Part shown: piece after piece, positions 37,562 through 47,831 of the stretch
Numbering within the stretch: position 1 is the first letter of the stretch
How the letters are laid out: every line of letters begins with the position of its first letter
Origin: Bacillota bacterium
GTDB lineage: Bacteria > Bacillota > Clostridia > Christensenellales > SZUA-584
DNA: 64,000 bases
Assembly: GCA_023391105.1 (NCBI GenBank)
Contig: JAEWBO010000013.1
Span: 10,433 to 74,432 of the forward strand
Direction of reading: 5' to 3'
Position numbers and translations under genes: made by a program
The notes under the pieces: model-generated
Told to the model about the DNA's origin: nothing
The model's database searches: none
Seen by the model: the letters and a program-made list of their open reading frames with translations, nothing else

Positions 37562-38959
37562 TTAAATTTTAAGCGTGATGATAAACGAACATCCATTCTT
37601 TATATTATCAAGGCGAATGCTGCCGCCATGCGCTGCAACGATTTTATGAACAATAGCCAAACCAAGGCCGGTTCCTTGTGTGCTTCTTGCGTCATCGCCT
37701 CTGACAAACGGATCGAAAATGTGATCGGTGAGTTTATCGGGAATACCTCCCCCGTTGTCGTTATACGTGATTTGGATTTCATCATCCTGTCTTGATAAAC
37801 CGATAATAATATGTGTGCCCTTAGATGTGTGATGCAACGTATTTGCTGTGAGGTTTTGTATCACACGCTGCATATGCATCACGTCGATATCAGCAAAAAT
37901 TTCTTCTTCAGGAATATGGAACTCATACGTATATCCTGACTGCTCAAGCAGAGGAACAATCTCTCCGATCTGCTGGCGCAAAAACTCGCATACATCCACA
38001 TGTGACATACGAAGCATGAAATCAGGGCTGTCCATCTTGGAAAGCTCGAACATATCAATTATCAGATTGTTTGCTTTCACGCTATTTTGATATATCGTTT
38101 GCAAAAAGGCGCGTTGCTGCTCATTACTAATGTTATTTTCACGAGTCAAAAGCTCAGCATATCCCATTGTGTTGGCAAGCGGTATTTTTAAATCGTGTGA
38201 GATATCCGCAATAAGCTTCTTTCGATTGTTTTCAGACTGTTCCCTCATCGCTGTTTCTTCTTCGATCTGCTGGGCCATGTCGTTGAAAGCGTCTTGGATG
38301 TCTTTGAATTCGTTTTTCAAGTTTAAGTCAATACGCGTTGAATAATGACCGTCTCGGAAGAGCCGCACCCCTTCGCTCAGTTGATGCAAAGGCTTGATTA
38401 TGCCAATGGACGATAATTTTGAATAAATAAAGGTGACGATGATAAGCATCAGCAAGTACAAAAGCACAACAGCGACTATCGCGGTTGTCACACCTTCTGA
38501 ATCTTTGGAGGAATAGTCTGTGTTATGCGCGATTGCGATATCGATACGGACTGACGTTGGAAACGTAATAACCAACCAAAAGTTTTTATTTTCATTATAT
38601 GCGATGTTATAGCTATACGGAGTGCCGATCCGCTGACTTTCTGTGAGGAATTTGGTAAGTTCCGACATCGTTAATTGGTTCTGGTTAATCGTATCTAACC
38701 CTTCGGAATATACGATGTTCCCCTGCCTGTCAATCACCTGAGCGCCGCCCCCGTTCTCTATGACGGGCGTAAAATCGATACGCGCATAGTCGTCCTGCAT
38801 AAGACTTTGAGCCGTAAAATTATTCTTTTTCAGCGTCATCTCAAGCACATTGCCCGCGAACGACAGCAAAAGGAACGCACACAAAGAGAGAATGACAGAG
38901 ATGATAAACATGAGAAAGTAGTTTGCCAAAAATTGATTGGAGATTTTTCTTTTCATCAT
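37562..38959 (-). CDS. sensor histidine kinase (2 TM, HAMP, HisKA, HATPase_c)
   Basis: H-box ISHDLKIPL. N and G boxes NLTANTLHH and GTGLGLAIV. Confidence 0.9.
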   Translation of the reverse strand: MMKRKISNQFLANYFLMFIISVILSLCAFLLLSFAGNVLEMTLKKNNFTAQSLMQDDYARIDFTPVIENGGGAQVIDRQGNIVYSEGLDTINQNQLTMSELTKFLTESQRIGTPYSYNIAYNENKNFWLVITFPTSVRIDIAIAHNTDYSSKDSEGVTTAIVAVVLLYLLMLIIVTFIYSKLSSIGIIKPLHQLSEGVRLFRDGHYSTRIDLNLKNEFKDIQDAFNDMAQQIEEETAMREQSENNRKKLIADISHDLKIPLANTMGYAELLTRENNISNEQQRAFLQTIYQNSVKANNLIIDMFELSKMDSPDFMLRMSHVDVCEFLRQQIGEIVPLLEQSGYTYEFHIPEEEIFADIDVMHMQRVIQNLTANTLHHTSKGTHIIIGLSRQDDEIQITYNDNGGGIPDKLTDHIFDPFVRGDDARSTQGTGLGLAIVHKIVAAHGGSIRLDNIKNGCSFIITLKI

Positions 38960-38970
38960 CGCTCTCCATC

Positions 38971-39648
38971 TTATTGAAACTTATATCCGATACCTCTTAT
39001 TGTTTTGATGTATTGAGGTTTCTTGGGATCAAATTCGATTTTATTTCGAAGACGGCTGATGTGCACCATAATGGTGTTATCGTCATAAAAGACATCTTCC
39101 TCCCAAACAGCGCTGTAAAGCTGCTTCTTGGTATACACACGCCCCGGATTCTCCATCAATAGCTTGATAAGTTTATATTCTTTTGCACCAAGCTCGGCTG
39201 ACTTTCCATTAATGAATACGTCGCAGCTATTAGTGTCCAGCATCAAGGAGCCACAAGTGAGGCGGGATTCGGAATTGGAGCCATAGATGTGGCTGCGCCT
39301 CAATACTGCGCCGATTCTGGCAATCAATTCAATCATATTGAAGGGCTTAACGATGTAATCGTCTGCCCCCAGCCCCAGCCCCAGAACTTTATCCATGTCT
39401 TCCCCGCGGGCAGTCAGGAATATCACAGGCGTATTATTTTCTTCTTCCCGAAGCTTCCTCAATAGATTGAAGCCATCTAGATATGGCATCATCACGTCGA
39501 ATATGGCAAGATGAAACTGTTGAGATTTTAACAAACCCAATGCTTTCAGGCCATCACTTGCCGTGGCGCAGGCATAACCCTCTTGCTCAAGCTGAAACGC
39601 AATAAGTCTTTGAAGGTCTTTATCATCTTCTGCAATCAATATATCCAT
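38971..39648 (-). CDS. OmpR-family response regulator (canonical receiver)
   Basis: AEDD, FDVMMP (phospho-Asp), LTAR and VKPF motifs are all present. The winged helix ends in RGIGYKF. Confidence 0.9.
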   Translation of the reverse strand: MDILIAEDDKDLQRLIAFQLEQEGYACATASDGLKALGLLKSQQFHLAIFDVMMPYLDGFNLLRKLREEENNTPVIFLTARGEDMDKVLGLGLGADDYIVKPFNMIELIARIGAVLRRSHIYGSNSESRLTCGSLMLDTNSCDVFINGKSAELGAKEYKLIKLLMENPGRVYTKKQLYSAVWEEDVFYDDNTIMVHISRLRNKIEFDPKKPQYIKTIRGIGYKFQ

Positions 39649-39707
39649 AATGCCTCCAGTTACCTTATACCGTTGGCATCATTATAGCATAATAGTCATA
39701 AATATGG

Positions 39708-39737
39708 ATAAAAAAACATCTGCGGGTGGCAGATGCT
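39708..39737 (-). terminator. putative terminator after the small basic ORFs
   Basis: CATCTGCC/GGCAGATG hairpin, followed on the minus strand by T7. Confidence 0.5.
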
Positions 39738-39744
39738 TTGGTGA

Positions 39745-39879
39745 TTATTTTGTTTTGTTTACCCCGAAAACGGCTCTGGCGCTTTCGGCCTGCGGATCGT
39801 GCTTGATCTTTTTTGATCTGAACGTACCATCGTCCTTCTTGCCGTTACGCGTGCTTTTCATTTTATTGCTTTTTCCCAT
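39745..39879 (-). CDS. small basic hydrophilic ORF (44 aa), below the track cutoff; possibly a minor spore protein
   Basis: My own translation: MGKSNKMKSTRNGKKDDGTFRSKKIKHDPQAESARAVFGVNKTK. Weak SD (AAAGGGA), with a terminator just downstream. Confidence 0.3.
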   Translation of the reverse strand: MGKSNKMKSTRNGKKDDGTFRSKKIKHDPQAESARAVFGVNKTK

Positions 39880-39893
39880 CGATACACATCCCT

Positions 39894-40040
39894 TTATCTT
39901 TTTGTATTTGGCCCCTGTGCTTGCTTGACTGTATTGTGCTGTTGATTCTGATTCTGCTCAGAAACGCCGTCTTTTTTGCTCCTTAATTCGACCTTGCCGG
40001 CAGAAACCTTAAGAGAGTTCTTATCCTGATGCCTTGTCAA
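39894..40040 (-). CDS. small Q/K-rich ORF (48 aa) if started at TTG 40040
   Basis: GAGGTG SD 6 nt before the TTG. Product: (M)TRHQDKNSLKVSAGKVELRSKKDGVSEQNQNQQHNTVKQAQGPNTKR. The longer track ORF (to 40151) overlaps the upstream flavoprotein gene. Confidence 0.25.
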   Translation of the reverse strand: MTRHQDKNSLKVSAGKVELRSKKDGVSEQNQNQQHNTVKQAQGPNTKR

Positions 40041-40095
40041 TTCTATCACCTCAAGATTAGTATGGAGAATCGGAAGGATTGTATTCAAGTCATCA

Positions 40096-40806
40096 TTAGA
40101 AAGGCTTGTCTCCCGATAACCAACCCTGTGCTTCCCAGTGGTTTCGGTCATGTAAGTTCCATGTATTTTTCTTCATCATGGCTTTCATCGCACTAAATAA
40201 AAAACGTGTGAAAAGAGTTGGGTTTAAGGAATCCATTTTGTTTTTGGCTTTCACAATCTTTCTAGCAAGTATAGCGGTACCCTTTTGAATATCTCCTTTT
40301 TTGCGCTCTGAAATATCATCCCATTTCATAGCGGCTACGGTTTTTTTAAAGGTGAAAACCCGTTTTACTCCCCAACATTTTAAGCTGCTTGTCATTGTTT
40401 TTGTGGTGTGCCCAAGCCCTGTCCCAGCTGTCGTCGTCATTGTGACACCCACCTTAGTAAACATCTTGGGATTGGGACGGTGGCTGAGCCACATAAAACA
40501 AAGATGGTCCAGCAACGTTTTTAGCTGTCCGCTCACGTCAAGCGCGTAAACAGACGAAGTCAGAACAATTAAATCTGCATCCTCCATTGCCTTTACGATT
40601 GGATCGATATATTGTGCATGTGGACATTTATCTTCTCCGTGCAAAAAGCAAGAGAAACAGCCATTGCAAAAATGCGGCATATCCCTGGGTAAAACAAATT
40701 CAGTCGTTTCAACCTGTTCATGCTTTGAAACAGCTTCTAATAAGAGTTCTTTACAATGCCATGTGCTTCCGTGACGACTGGTACCGTTAATCACAACAAC
40801 TTTCAT
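40096..40806 (-). CDS. flavodoxin-fold NAD(P)H-dependent oxidoreductase, iron-sulfur-flavoprotein-like
   Basis: MKVVVINGTSRHGST N-terminus. Compact Cys motif CNGCFSCFLHGEDKC. LIVLTSSVY flavodoxin-like block. Confidence 0.8.
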   Translation of the reverse strand: MKVVVINGTSRHGSTWHCKELLLEAVSKHEQVETTEFVLPRDMPHFCNGCFSCFLHGEDKCPHAQYIDPIVKAMEDADLIVLTSSVYALDVSGQLKTLLDHLCFMWLSHRPNPKMFTKVGVTMTTTAGTGLGHTTKTMTSSLKCWGVKRVFTFKKTVAAMKWDDISERKKGDIQKGTAILARKIVKAKNKMDSLNPTLFTRFLFSAMKAMMKKNTWNLHDRNHWEAQGWLSGDKPF

Positions 40807-40824
40807 ATTATTTACCTCTATAAA

Positions 40825-41466
40825 TTAATGTCTCAGCTTTCTTGTGCTATATATTTGATTAAAATGCTGCACATGCTGAGCGATAAGCTTCTTGGCCTGA
40901 AGGAACCCTTTTTCATCATTGTCAAACTTATAAAAAATGAGAAAAACTGGCGCGAAGAATTCCAACGCAAGCACATAAGGATCTGCCTCGATAATCAAAC
41001 CTTCCTTGATCAAAACGGCGAAAAGCTGTGATTGATATTCCAAACTGCTGTCAAAGGAGATTTCTCGGTAGAGCTTTGCGAGTTCTTTACTGCGAAATTG
41101 CTCAATCGTCAGCATTTTGCGAAGCTTAACGATAATTTCATCACATAAAAAGTATTCGAGTATTTTTATGCTAATATCTTCAAATTGCTCGGGAGACATG
41201 TCCTTGTACATTTTGACTGTTCTTTCATCCACCGCAAAAGTCTTATTGTTATCAAGCATCCGAATTTTATAAAAGAACTCATTCCCTCTGTCGGAATACT
41301 CACGCAAGATATTATCGAAGATATCCTGTTTATTCTTATAATGATTATAGAGCGAGCTTTCCTTAATTCCAACCGCACTAGCTATGTCCCTCACCGATAC
41401 AGTATCGAAGCCTTTTTCAGAAAAAAGGTTTAATGCTTCATAACGTATTCTTTCTTTCGTCGTCAT
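40825..41466 (-). CDS. TetR/AcrR-family transcriptional regulator
   Basis: Start at the ATG at 41466 (MTTKERIRYEALNLFSEKGFDTVSVRDIASAVGIKESSLYNHY is a TetR HTH). The track ORF extends to 41523. Confidence 0.85.
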   Translation of the reverse strand: MTTKERIRYEALNLFSEKGFDTVSVRDIASAVGIKESSLYNHYKNKQDIFDNILREYSDRGNEFFYKIRMLDNNKTFAVDERTVKMYKDMSPEQFEDISIKILEYFLCDEIIVKLRKMLTIEQFRSKELAKLYREISFDSSLEYQSQLFAVLIKEGLIIEADPYVLALEFFAPVFLIFYKFDNDEKGFLQAKKLIAQHVQHFNQIYSTRKLRH

Positions 41467-41491
41467 AATAACCTCATAAGAAATATTAAAA

Positions 41492-41533
41492 ATACTAACA
41501 CTTGTTAGTATTTTAGCTAACAAGTGTTAGTAT
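41492..41533. promoter_or_regulatory. two tandem palindromic operator-like sites CTAACA-N2-TGTTAGTAT, 22 bp apart, upstream of the TetR gene
   Basis: atactaaca-ct-tgttagtat (41492-41511) and ctaaca-ag-tgttagtat (41517-41533), 26-67 bp upstream of the TetR start. Confidence 0.5.
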
Positions 41534-41670
41534 GTCAAGTTTGGATTAATAAATTTTTATGCAATTAATAATTGGTTATTTGGTTCAATAATAACTGTAC
41601 AGCATTTAATTACATGTGTATTTTCCTAAACACGCGGAGAAAATAATGATATAAAAAGGAGGTGAAAAAC

Positions 41671-41871
41671 ATGGCTAACAACAATTCGAATCAGACATTA
41701 GTTCCTCAGTCCAAACAGCTTCTTAACAACATGAAGTATGAAGTGGCAACAGAAGTTGGTGTCAGTCTGAAGCAGGGTTACAACGGCGACATCGCAGCCC
41801 GTGATGCTGGCAGAGTCGGCGGTAATATGGTTAAAAAGATGATCCAGTACGCTGAAAGCAATATGTCTTAA
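41671..41871 (+). CDS. small acid-soluble spore protein, alpha/beta type
   Basis: MANNNSNQTLVPQSKQLLNNMKYEVATEVGV...ARDAGRVGGNMVKKMI is a canonical SASP. AAAGGAGGTG SD. Confidence 0.9.
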   Translation: MANNNSNQTLVPQSKQLLNNMKYEVATEVGVSLKQGYNGDIAARDAGRVGGNMVKKMIQYAESNMS

Positions 41872-41898
41872 AGCCTAAGATCATTAAAGAGTTAATAA

Positions 41899-41930
41899 AA
41901 AAAGAAGGGTGAATCACTCTTCTTTTTTTG
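41899..41930. terminator. bidirectional terminator between SASP (+) and eno (-)
   Basis: AAAGAAGGGTGA/TCACTCTTCTTT stem (1 mismatch) flanked by an A-run and a T-run. Confidence 0.65.
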
Positions 41931-41933
41931 GGT

Positions 41934-43262
<1,329 letters not shown>

Positions 43263-43390
43263 TCAATAAGAGTATTACCCATCGTTTCATTTTAATTCTA
43301 CGATATTGTTGTGAAATAAAACAAGTGATATTCCAAAAAAGATTTATAAATAAAGGATCTCCCAAAGGAGACCCTCTGCTGAAATGGAGG

Positions 43391-43555
43391 TTATGTCCGT
43401 GACCTTTCGGCCATCTCGATTGCCTCACGAACAATGTTACCGCAATTCCTTGATGAAACACTGCCCCATCCTTCGCTTGCTACGATATCTTCAACACCCA
43501 GCCGCTTTGCAATATCATGTTTCAAGGCTTCTGACATTACCTTGTGTCTAGACAT
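43391..43555 (-). CDS. small acid-soluble spore protein, alpha/beta type (54 aa; missed by the 60-aa track cutoff)
   Basis: My translation: MSRHKVMSEALKHDIAKRLGVEDIVASEGWGSVSSRNCGNIVREAIEMAERSRT. GGAGG SD 8 nt upstream. Confidence 0.75.
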   Translation of the reverse strand: MSRHKVMSEALKHDIAKRLGVEDIVASEGWGSVSSRNCGNIVREAIEMAERSRT

Positions 43556-43701
43556 TTTAAATACCTCCCATCCATATTCACGGCAAATTCCGCCGTTAAG
43601 AATAGTATTCCCCGATTTTTTATCACTAAGCTAGCCAACATGAAGCAATAAAGTGCAAATTATTCTATAGAATATTGCCCGGGTACTTTATCTGCGCTTC
43701 T

Positions 43702-44250
43702 CTAAAGAATGAAGAAATAAGAAACAACCGAAGCAAAGACAGAACCGATCACATTAAAAATCATATCAAGGTCAGTATCCTTGAGATTTTTCTGCATTTT
43801 TGTATGCTTTATCTTGTCTAGCACGAACTCTATTATCTCAAATAATGCGCCGATGGCTATTCCAAGCACTAAAACAAATATCGCAGCGTACATTTTGGGA
43901 GTGACTTCTGGGAGCAAAATTTTATCAATCAAAGAGTAAAAGAAAAGCGCGAAAGAAAATGATCCAAATGCATGAAGATATCGGTCAAATTTCTTTGATT
44001 CCATAAACCGATTTTTGTAGTAACCAAAGAACGTCTGGATAAAAATCGAGGTCATCACCAAAACAAGTATCAGCATTGGCACATTGATTCCAAAAATAAG
44101 ATCTGCAAGAACGTAGAGAAAAAACAAAAGCGAACTCGTTAAAGTCGCCTGTAATTGAAGCTTGTTCTTTTGCTTTGCGAACATATATATGATAAAAGCT
44201 TCTATCAACGAATAAGCTATTAAAAAAATGATAAATAGCGTAAGACTCAT
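43702..44250 (-). CDS. polytopic membrane protein of unknown function
   Basis: ~5 TM helices. Start at the ATG at 44250 (MSLTLFII...). Confidence 0.65.
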   Translation of the reverse strand: MSLTLFIIFLIAYSLIEAFIIYMFAKQKNKLQLQATLTSSLLFFLYVLADLIFGINVPMLILVLVMTSIFIQTFFGYYKNRFMESKKFDRYLHAFGSFSFALFFYSLIDKILLPEVTPKMYAAIFVLVLGIAIGALFEIIEFVLDKIKHTKMQKNLKDTDLDMIFNVIGSVFASVVSYFFIL

Positions 44251-44354
44251 CTGCCTGCCTCTCAAAAATCACTATCTATCTATTATTATCATTATTAAGT
44301 AAATTTATAATTCGGTCATAACCATAGTTATAAAAAATGATAATTTAATGTATA

Positions 44355-44387
44355 TAAAAAAGCCGACTCAGTTATATGAAGCCGGCT
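44355..44387 (-). terminator. terminator of tlp
   Basis: AGCCGGCT...AGTCGGCT hairpin, followed on the minus strand by TTTTTT. Confidence 0.55.
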
Positions 44388-44397
44388 CGCAAAGCGT

Positions 44398-44634
44398 CTA
44401 TTCTCCTTTTTTGGCTTTGGCTTCATCGCGTATTTCTGAACGCATACCGTCAAGCGCCTGCCGTCTTCGTTCATTCTTGTCAGAGAGTGTCTTTTTCATT
44501 TTTTCATCAGTTGTTTCGGCGATCATTTCATCGGCCGCCTCCATATTTTGAATCGTATAGTTAATGTTTCTCTGTATGTTCTCCACATTATCTTCGCGAT
44601 TATCTGGGTTCGGACGATTATTGTGTTTTCTCAT
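44398..44634 (-). CDS. tlp: small acid-soluble spore protein Tlp
   Basis: MRKHNNRPNPDNREDNVENIQRNINYTIQNMEAADEMIA...KNERRRQALDGMRSEIRDE matches the Tlp pattern. Confidence 0.8.
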   Translation of the reverse strand: MRKHNNRPNPDNREDNVENIQRNINYTIQNMEAADEMIAETTDEKMKKTLSDKNERRRQALDGMRSEIRDEAKAKKGE

Positions 44635-44708
44635 TTGATTGCTCCTTTTGCACTTTCTTTTATGATTATTATGCAGCAAAGAGCATTTTTCTATGTAGAA
44701 AGCTTGTT

Positions 44709-45131
44709 TTAGGAAATCGACGAAGATAACAATTGCGATTTGTCATAATAAAATTGCATGATATCTCTGCGTGTGACAATGCCGATAAATAGCCCCCTAT
44801 CATCCGTGACGGGTATAAAGTTTTGATTCATGGCCATAAGCAACAGATCCTCAATCGCTGCGTTGACATTAACGGGTTCATTCTGCCGCCCTTTTAATAT
44901 ATCTTTAACAAATAATTGTTCTTTGGCATGGTTATCATAAGCTTTATTATTCAAAATCGCCCATAATAAATCACCTTCACTGAGCGTGCCAGCATAGCTG
45001 CCGTCTCGGTCTATAACAGGAATGGCAGCATAACAGTGGCATTTCATTTTTTCAAGAGCTTGGCGCAACGTGAAATGATCGTAGATATAAACAATATCGC
45101 CTTTTGGTTTCAGAAAAAACAGTATGTTCAT
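44709..45131 (-). CDS. CBS-pair domain protein
   Basis: 140 aa with two CBS repeats (IPVIDRDGSYAGTLSEGDLL and IPVTDDRGLFIGIVTRRDIM). Confidence 0.8.
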   Translation of the reverse strand: MNILFFLKPKGDIVYIYDHFTLRQALEKMKCHCYAAIPVIDRDGSYAGTLSEGDLLWAILNNKAYDNHAKEQLFVKDILKGRQNEPVNVNAAIEDLLLMAMNQNFIPVTDDRGLFIGIVTRRDIMQFYYDKSQLLSSSIS

Positions 45132-45267
45132 GATGCTCCGTTCTCAATTTTACATTAATTAATCTTCCCGTTTCGTTATATCATTTTAAATCACCGGCAT
45201 CAACCCAAATTCGCAATAACATATAAAAGTTCACATTTAAGTTGATTTCACATGGATATTCTAACAA

Positions 45268-45302
45268 CAAAAAACAGCCCGCTAGATTGCAGGCTGCTTT
45301 TG
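45268..45302. terminator. hairpin terminator downstream of the LCP gene
   Basis: CAGCCCGC/GCAGGCTG stem flanked by A7 and T4. Confidence 0.55.
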
Positions 45303-45307
45303 GCCGT

Positions 45308-46324
45308 CTATTGTTCCAAAAAGTTATGTAACTTCTTTATATCTGACTTAAAGTCTTTTGGCTGAACAATATCTTTGGATTTATATGAACCATACTCATA
45401 GTCATCCGGATAGCGAAACTTATCAATTTCGGAAGTTTTCAACCCCATGATAGTGGTGGCAATATCAATCATTTTGCTCGCAGGCTTAATATCTGTACGA
45501 ACATAGCTTGACATCGTATTGATGAGGCCGGGAAGCTGACCGATATTGATGTCTTTTGCCTTTGAAAACAGTTGAGATAAAACGTTCTGCTGGCGTTCAA
45601 TTCTTGCTATGTCTGTCCCAATTTTACGAATTCTCATATAGGCAACGGCTTGCCGTCCGTTTAAATGCTGCATACCCGAATCTTCTACAAGAGAAACACT
45701 GTTATCAGGGTCGTGTCCGTTGATTTCCTGTATGGAACCGTTCATATGTGCCACTTCTGCATTGCTTAATTCAATGTCTACACCGTCAAGCGCATCAATG
45801 ATATCCTCCATGCCGTAGAAATTCACCACAATATAGTAGTCAGGTATTAAACCCAAAGATGATCTCAGTGTTTTTTTTGTCAGGTCAATATTGCCATAGT
45901 TAAACGCAGTATTGATTTTATTGTAGTCATGTCCTTCTATGGGGACAAGCGTGTCTCTCATTATGGAGGCAAGCTTCAGTTTTCCGGTTTCCGTATCTAT
46001 GCGCAGGTACATTAAAACATCTGACAGCCCGGTGAACTTTGTAACATTTCGGTTGTCAACACCGATCAAGAGAATATCGATGTTTCCTTGAGATTTTATA
46101 AGATCATTCACTTCACCGCCGCCGTACGTGACTTCAGGAAATTCTCCCAAATCATCGTCATCTTCTTCGGCGATATCGTTAGGATCGAATCCTAAGTCAC
46201 CTGTTATCTTTTCATAATTTACCCACAAGTAAATCCCGCATCCAATCAACAGCGCTAACAATACACAGAAAATGCTAAGCAGTATCTTAAAAGCTTTTCT
46301 TTTACCCTTTGGCTTTTTATTCAT
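45308..46324 (-). CDS. LytR-CpsA-Psr (LCP) family cell-wall polymer transferase
   Basis: N-terminal TM anchor. NIDILLIGVDNR, SDVLMYLRID and RDTLV blocks. Confidence 0.9.
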   Translation of the reverse strand: MNKKPKGKRKAFKILLSIFCVLLALLIGCGIYLWVNYEKITGDLGFDPNDIAEEDDDDLGEFPEVTYGGGEVNDLIKSQGNIDILLIGVDNRNVTKFTGLSDVLMYLRIDTETGKLKLASIMRDTLVPIEGHDYNKINTAFNYGNIDLTKKTLRSSLGLIPDYYIVVNFYGMEDIIDALDGVDIELSNAEVAHMNGSIQEINGHDPDNSVSLVEDSGMQHLNGRQAVAYMRIRKIGTDIARIERQQNVLSQLFSKAKDINIGQLPGLINTMSSYVRTDIKPASKMIDIATTIMGLKTSEIDKFRYPDDYEYGSYKSKDIVQPKDFKSDIKKLHNFLEQ

Positions 46325-46571
46325 AGATCACACTCATCCTTTATTTTATTATTTCCCCCTCACCAATAATTTCTATACTAATAACTGTTTATAACATATA
46401 ACGATAGAATTCGTCTAGCTTTCCAAGTGTTTAAATTCGTTATCAATTAAAATTTACACTTGACGTTTGTAAGATTATCGTATAACCAAAAAAGTAATTA
46501 TCAAAAATATTTGAGGATGAGATATACATCATACGGGAATAATAAGTCAAAACAAATAGCGGAGGAAACGA

Positions 46572-46844
46572 ATGAAAAAATACCCTGAAGTTTTTAAGAA
46601 ACAAGAAAATAGCTTTGAAGACGACTATGTCTCGCTGGACATCGCTTCAATAACGGAATGCACCGGAATGATCCCAACGCCTCCACTCAATGATGACGAA
46701 GTTGACAATTATGCTGATATCTATTCTGTACCGCAACAAAGCGCTGTGAATGCGAATAATATCGAGACAACATCACAGCAGCGAAAAATAAGCTCTGTTA
46801 AAGGAGACAAAGAAAGTATTTTACCACAAAACAGGCAAGGCTGA
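46572..46844 (+). CDS. hypothetical acidic protein (90 aa)
   Basis: Good SD (GCGGAGGAAACGA-ATG). No family recognised. Confidence 0.5.
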   Translation: MKKYPEVFKKQENSFEDDYVSLDIASITECTGMIPTPPLNDDEVDNYADIYSVPQQSAVNANNIETTSQQRKISSVKGDKESILPQNRQG

Positions 46845-47831
46845 TTATTTCTCAAACCCGTTAGGATGACTGGTGTGCCACCGCCATGCCGACTCAATGA
46901 TCTTACCTATATCATCGTTCTTCGGACTCCAGCCGAGTATCTCTCGGGCCTTGCCGGAGTCGGCCACGAGTCGAGCGGGGTCTCCCTCGCGCCTTGGCGA
47001 CATATCCACTCTGAAATCCTTGCCGGTGATCTCCTTGACCTTGCTGATAACCTCCATCACGGAATAACCGTTACCGCTTCCGAGATTAAAGCTTCCCGAG
47101 TTGCCGCCGTTTTTCAAATAATCCAATGCCAGTATGTGCGCGTCGGCCAAATCGGACACATGAATGTAGTCACGGATACAGGTGCCGTCCGGCGTGTCAT
47201 AATCCTGCCCGAACACCATAATACTTTCCCTCTTGCCCATTGCAGCCTGCAGGATGATAGGAATCAGATGAGATTCGGGATCATGATCTTCTCCTATCAG
47301 CCCGGATTTGTGCGCCCCGGCCGCGTTGAAGTAACGCGGCGCTGCCCATTTTATTCCATAGGCTTCATCACACCATCTGAGCATCTTCTCCACAGTCAGC
47401 TTTGTCTCGCCGTATGGATTCACAGGCTTTTTCTCGCTGTCTTCCTTGATCGGTATTGCCTTGGGAAAACCGTAAACTGCCGCTGTCGAAGAAAAAACGA
47501 TGTTTTTGACATTATGCTTTTTCATACTTTCCAGCATGCAAATGACTGTGTAAACATTGTTGCGGTAGAACGCGAGCGGATCCTTCATGCTAAGACCCAC
47601 CTCAATGTCCGCAGCAAAATGGATGACCGAATCAATATCGCTCTCGGCAAAAACACGATCCATAAAATCAACGTCGCGGATATCGCCGATATACAGCTTG
47701 CCGCCCAGCACAGCCTGCTTGTGTCCTTTAACGAGGCTGTCTACCACGACGACCTCCTGTCCTCTTTGCAGCAGCTCCGCTACCGTATGGCTGCCGATAT
47801 ATCCTGCGCCGCCTGCGACCATTATCGCCAT
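46845..47831 (-). CDS. galE: UDP-glucose 4-epimerase
   Basis: GGAGYIGSH Rossmann motif and YGETK catalytic motif. Confidence 0.95.
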   Translation of the reverse strand: MAIMVAGGAGYIGSHTVAELLQRGQEVVVVDSLVKGHKQAVLGGKLYIGDIRDVDFMDRVFAESDIDSVIHFAADIEVGLSMKDPLAFYRNNVYTVICMLESMKKHNVKNIVFSSTAAVYGFPKAIPIKEDSEKKPVNPYGETKLTVEKMLRWCDEAYGIKWAAPRYFNAAGAHKSGLIGEDHDPESHLIPIILQAAMGKRESIMVFGQDYDTPDGTCIRDYIHVSDLADAHILALDYLKNGGNSGSFNLGSGNGYSVMEVISKVKEITGKDFRVDMSPRREGDPARLVADSGKAREILGWSPKNDDIGKIIESAWRWHTSHPNGFEK

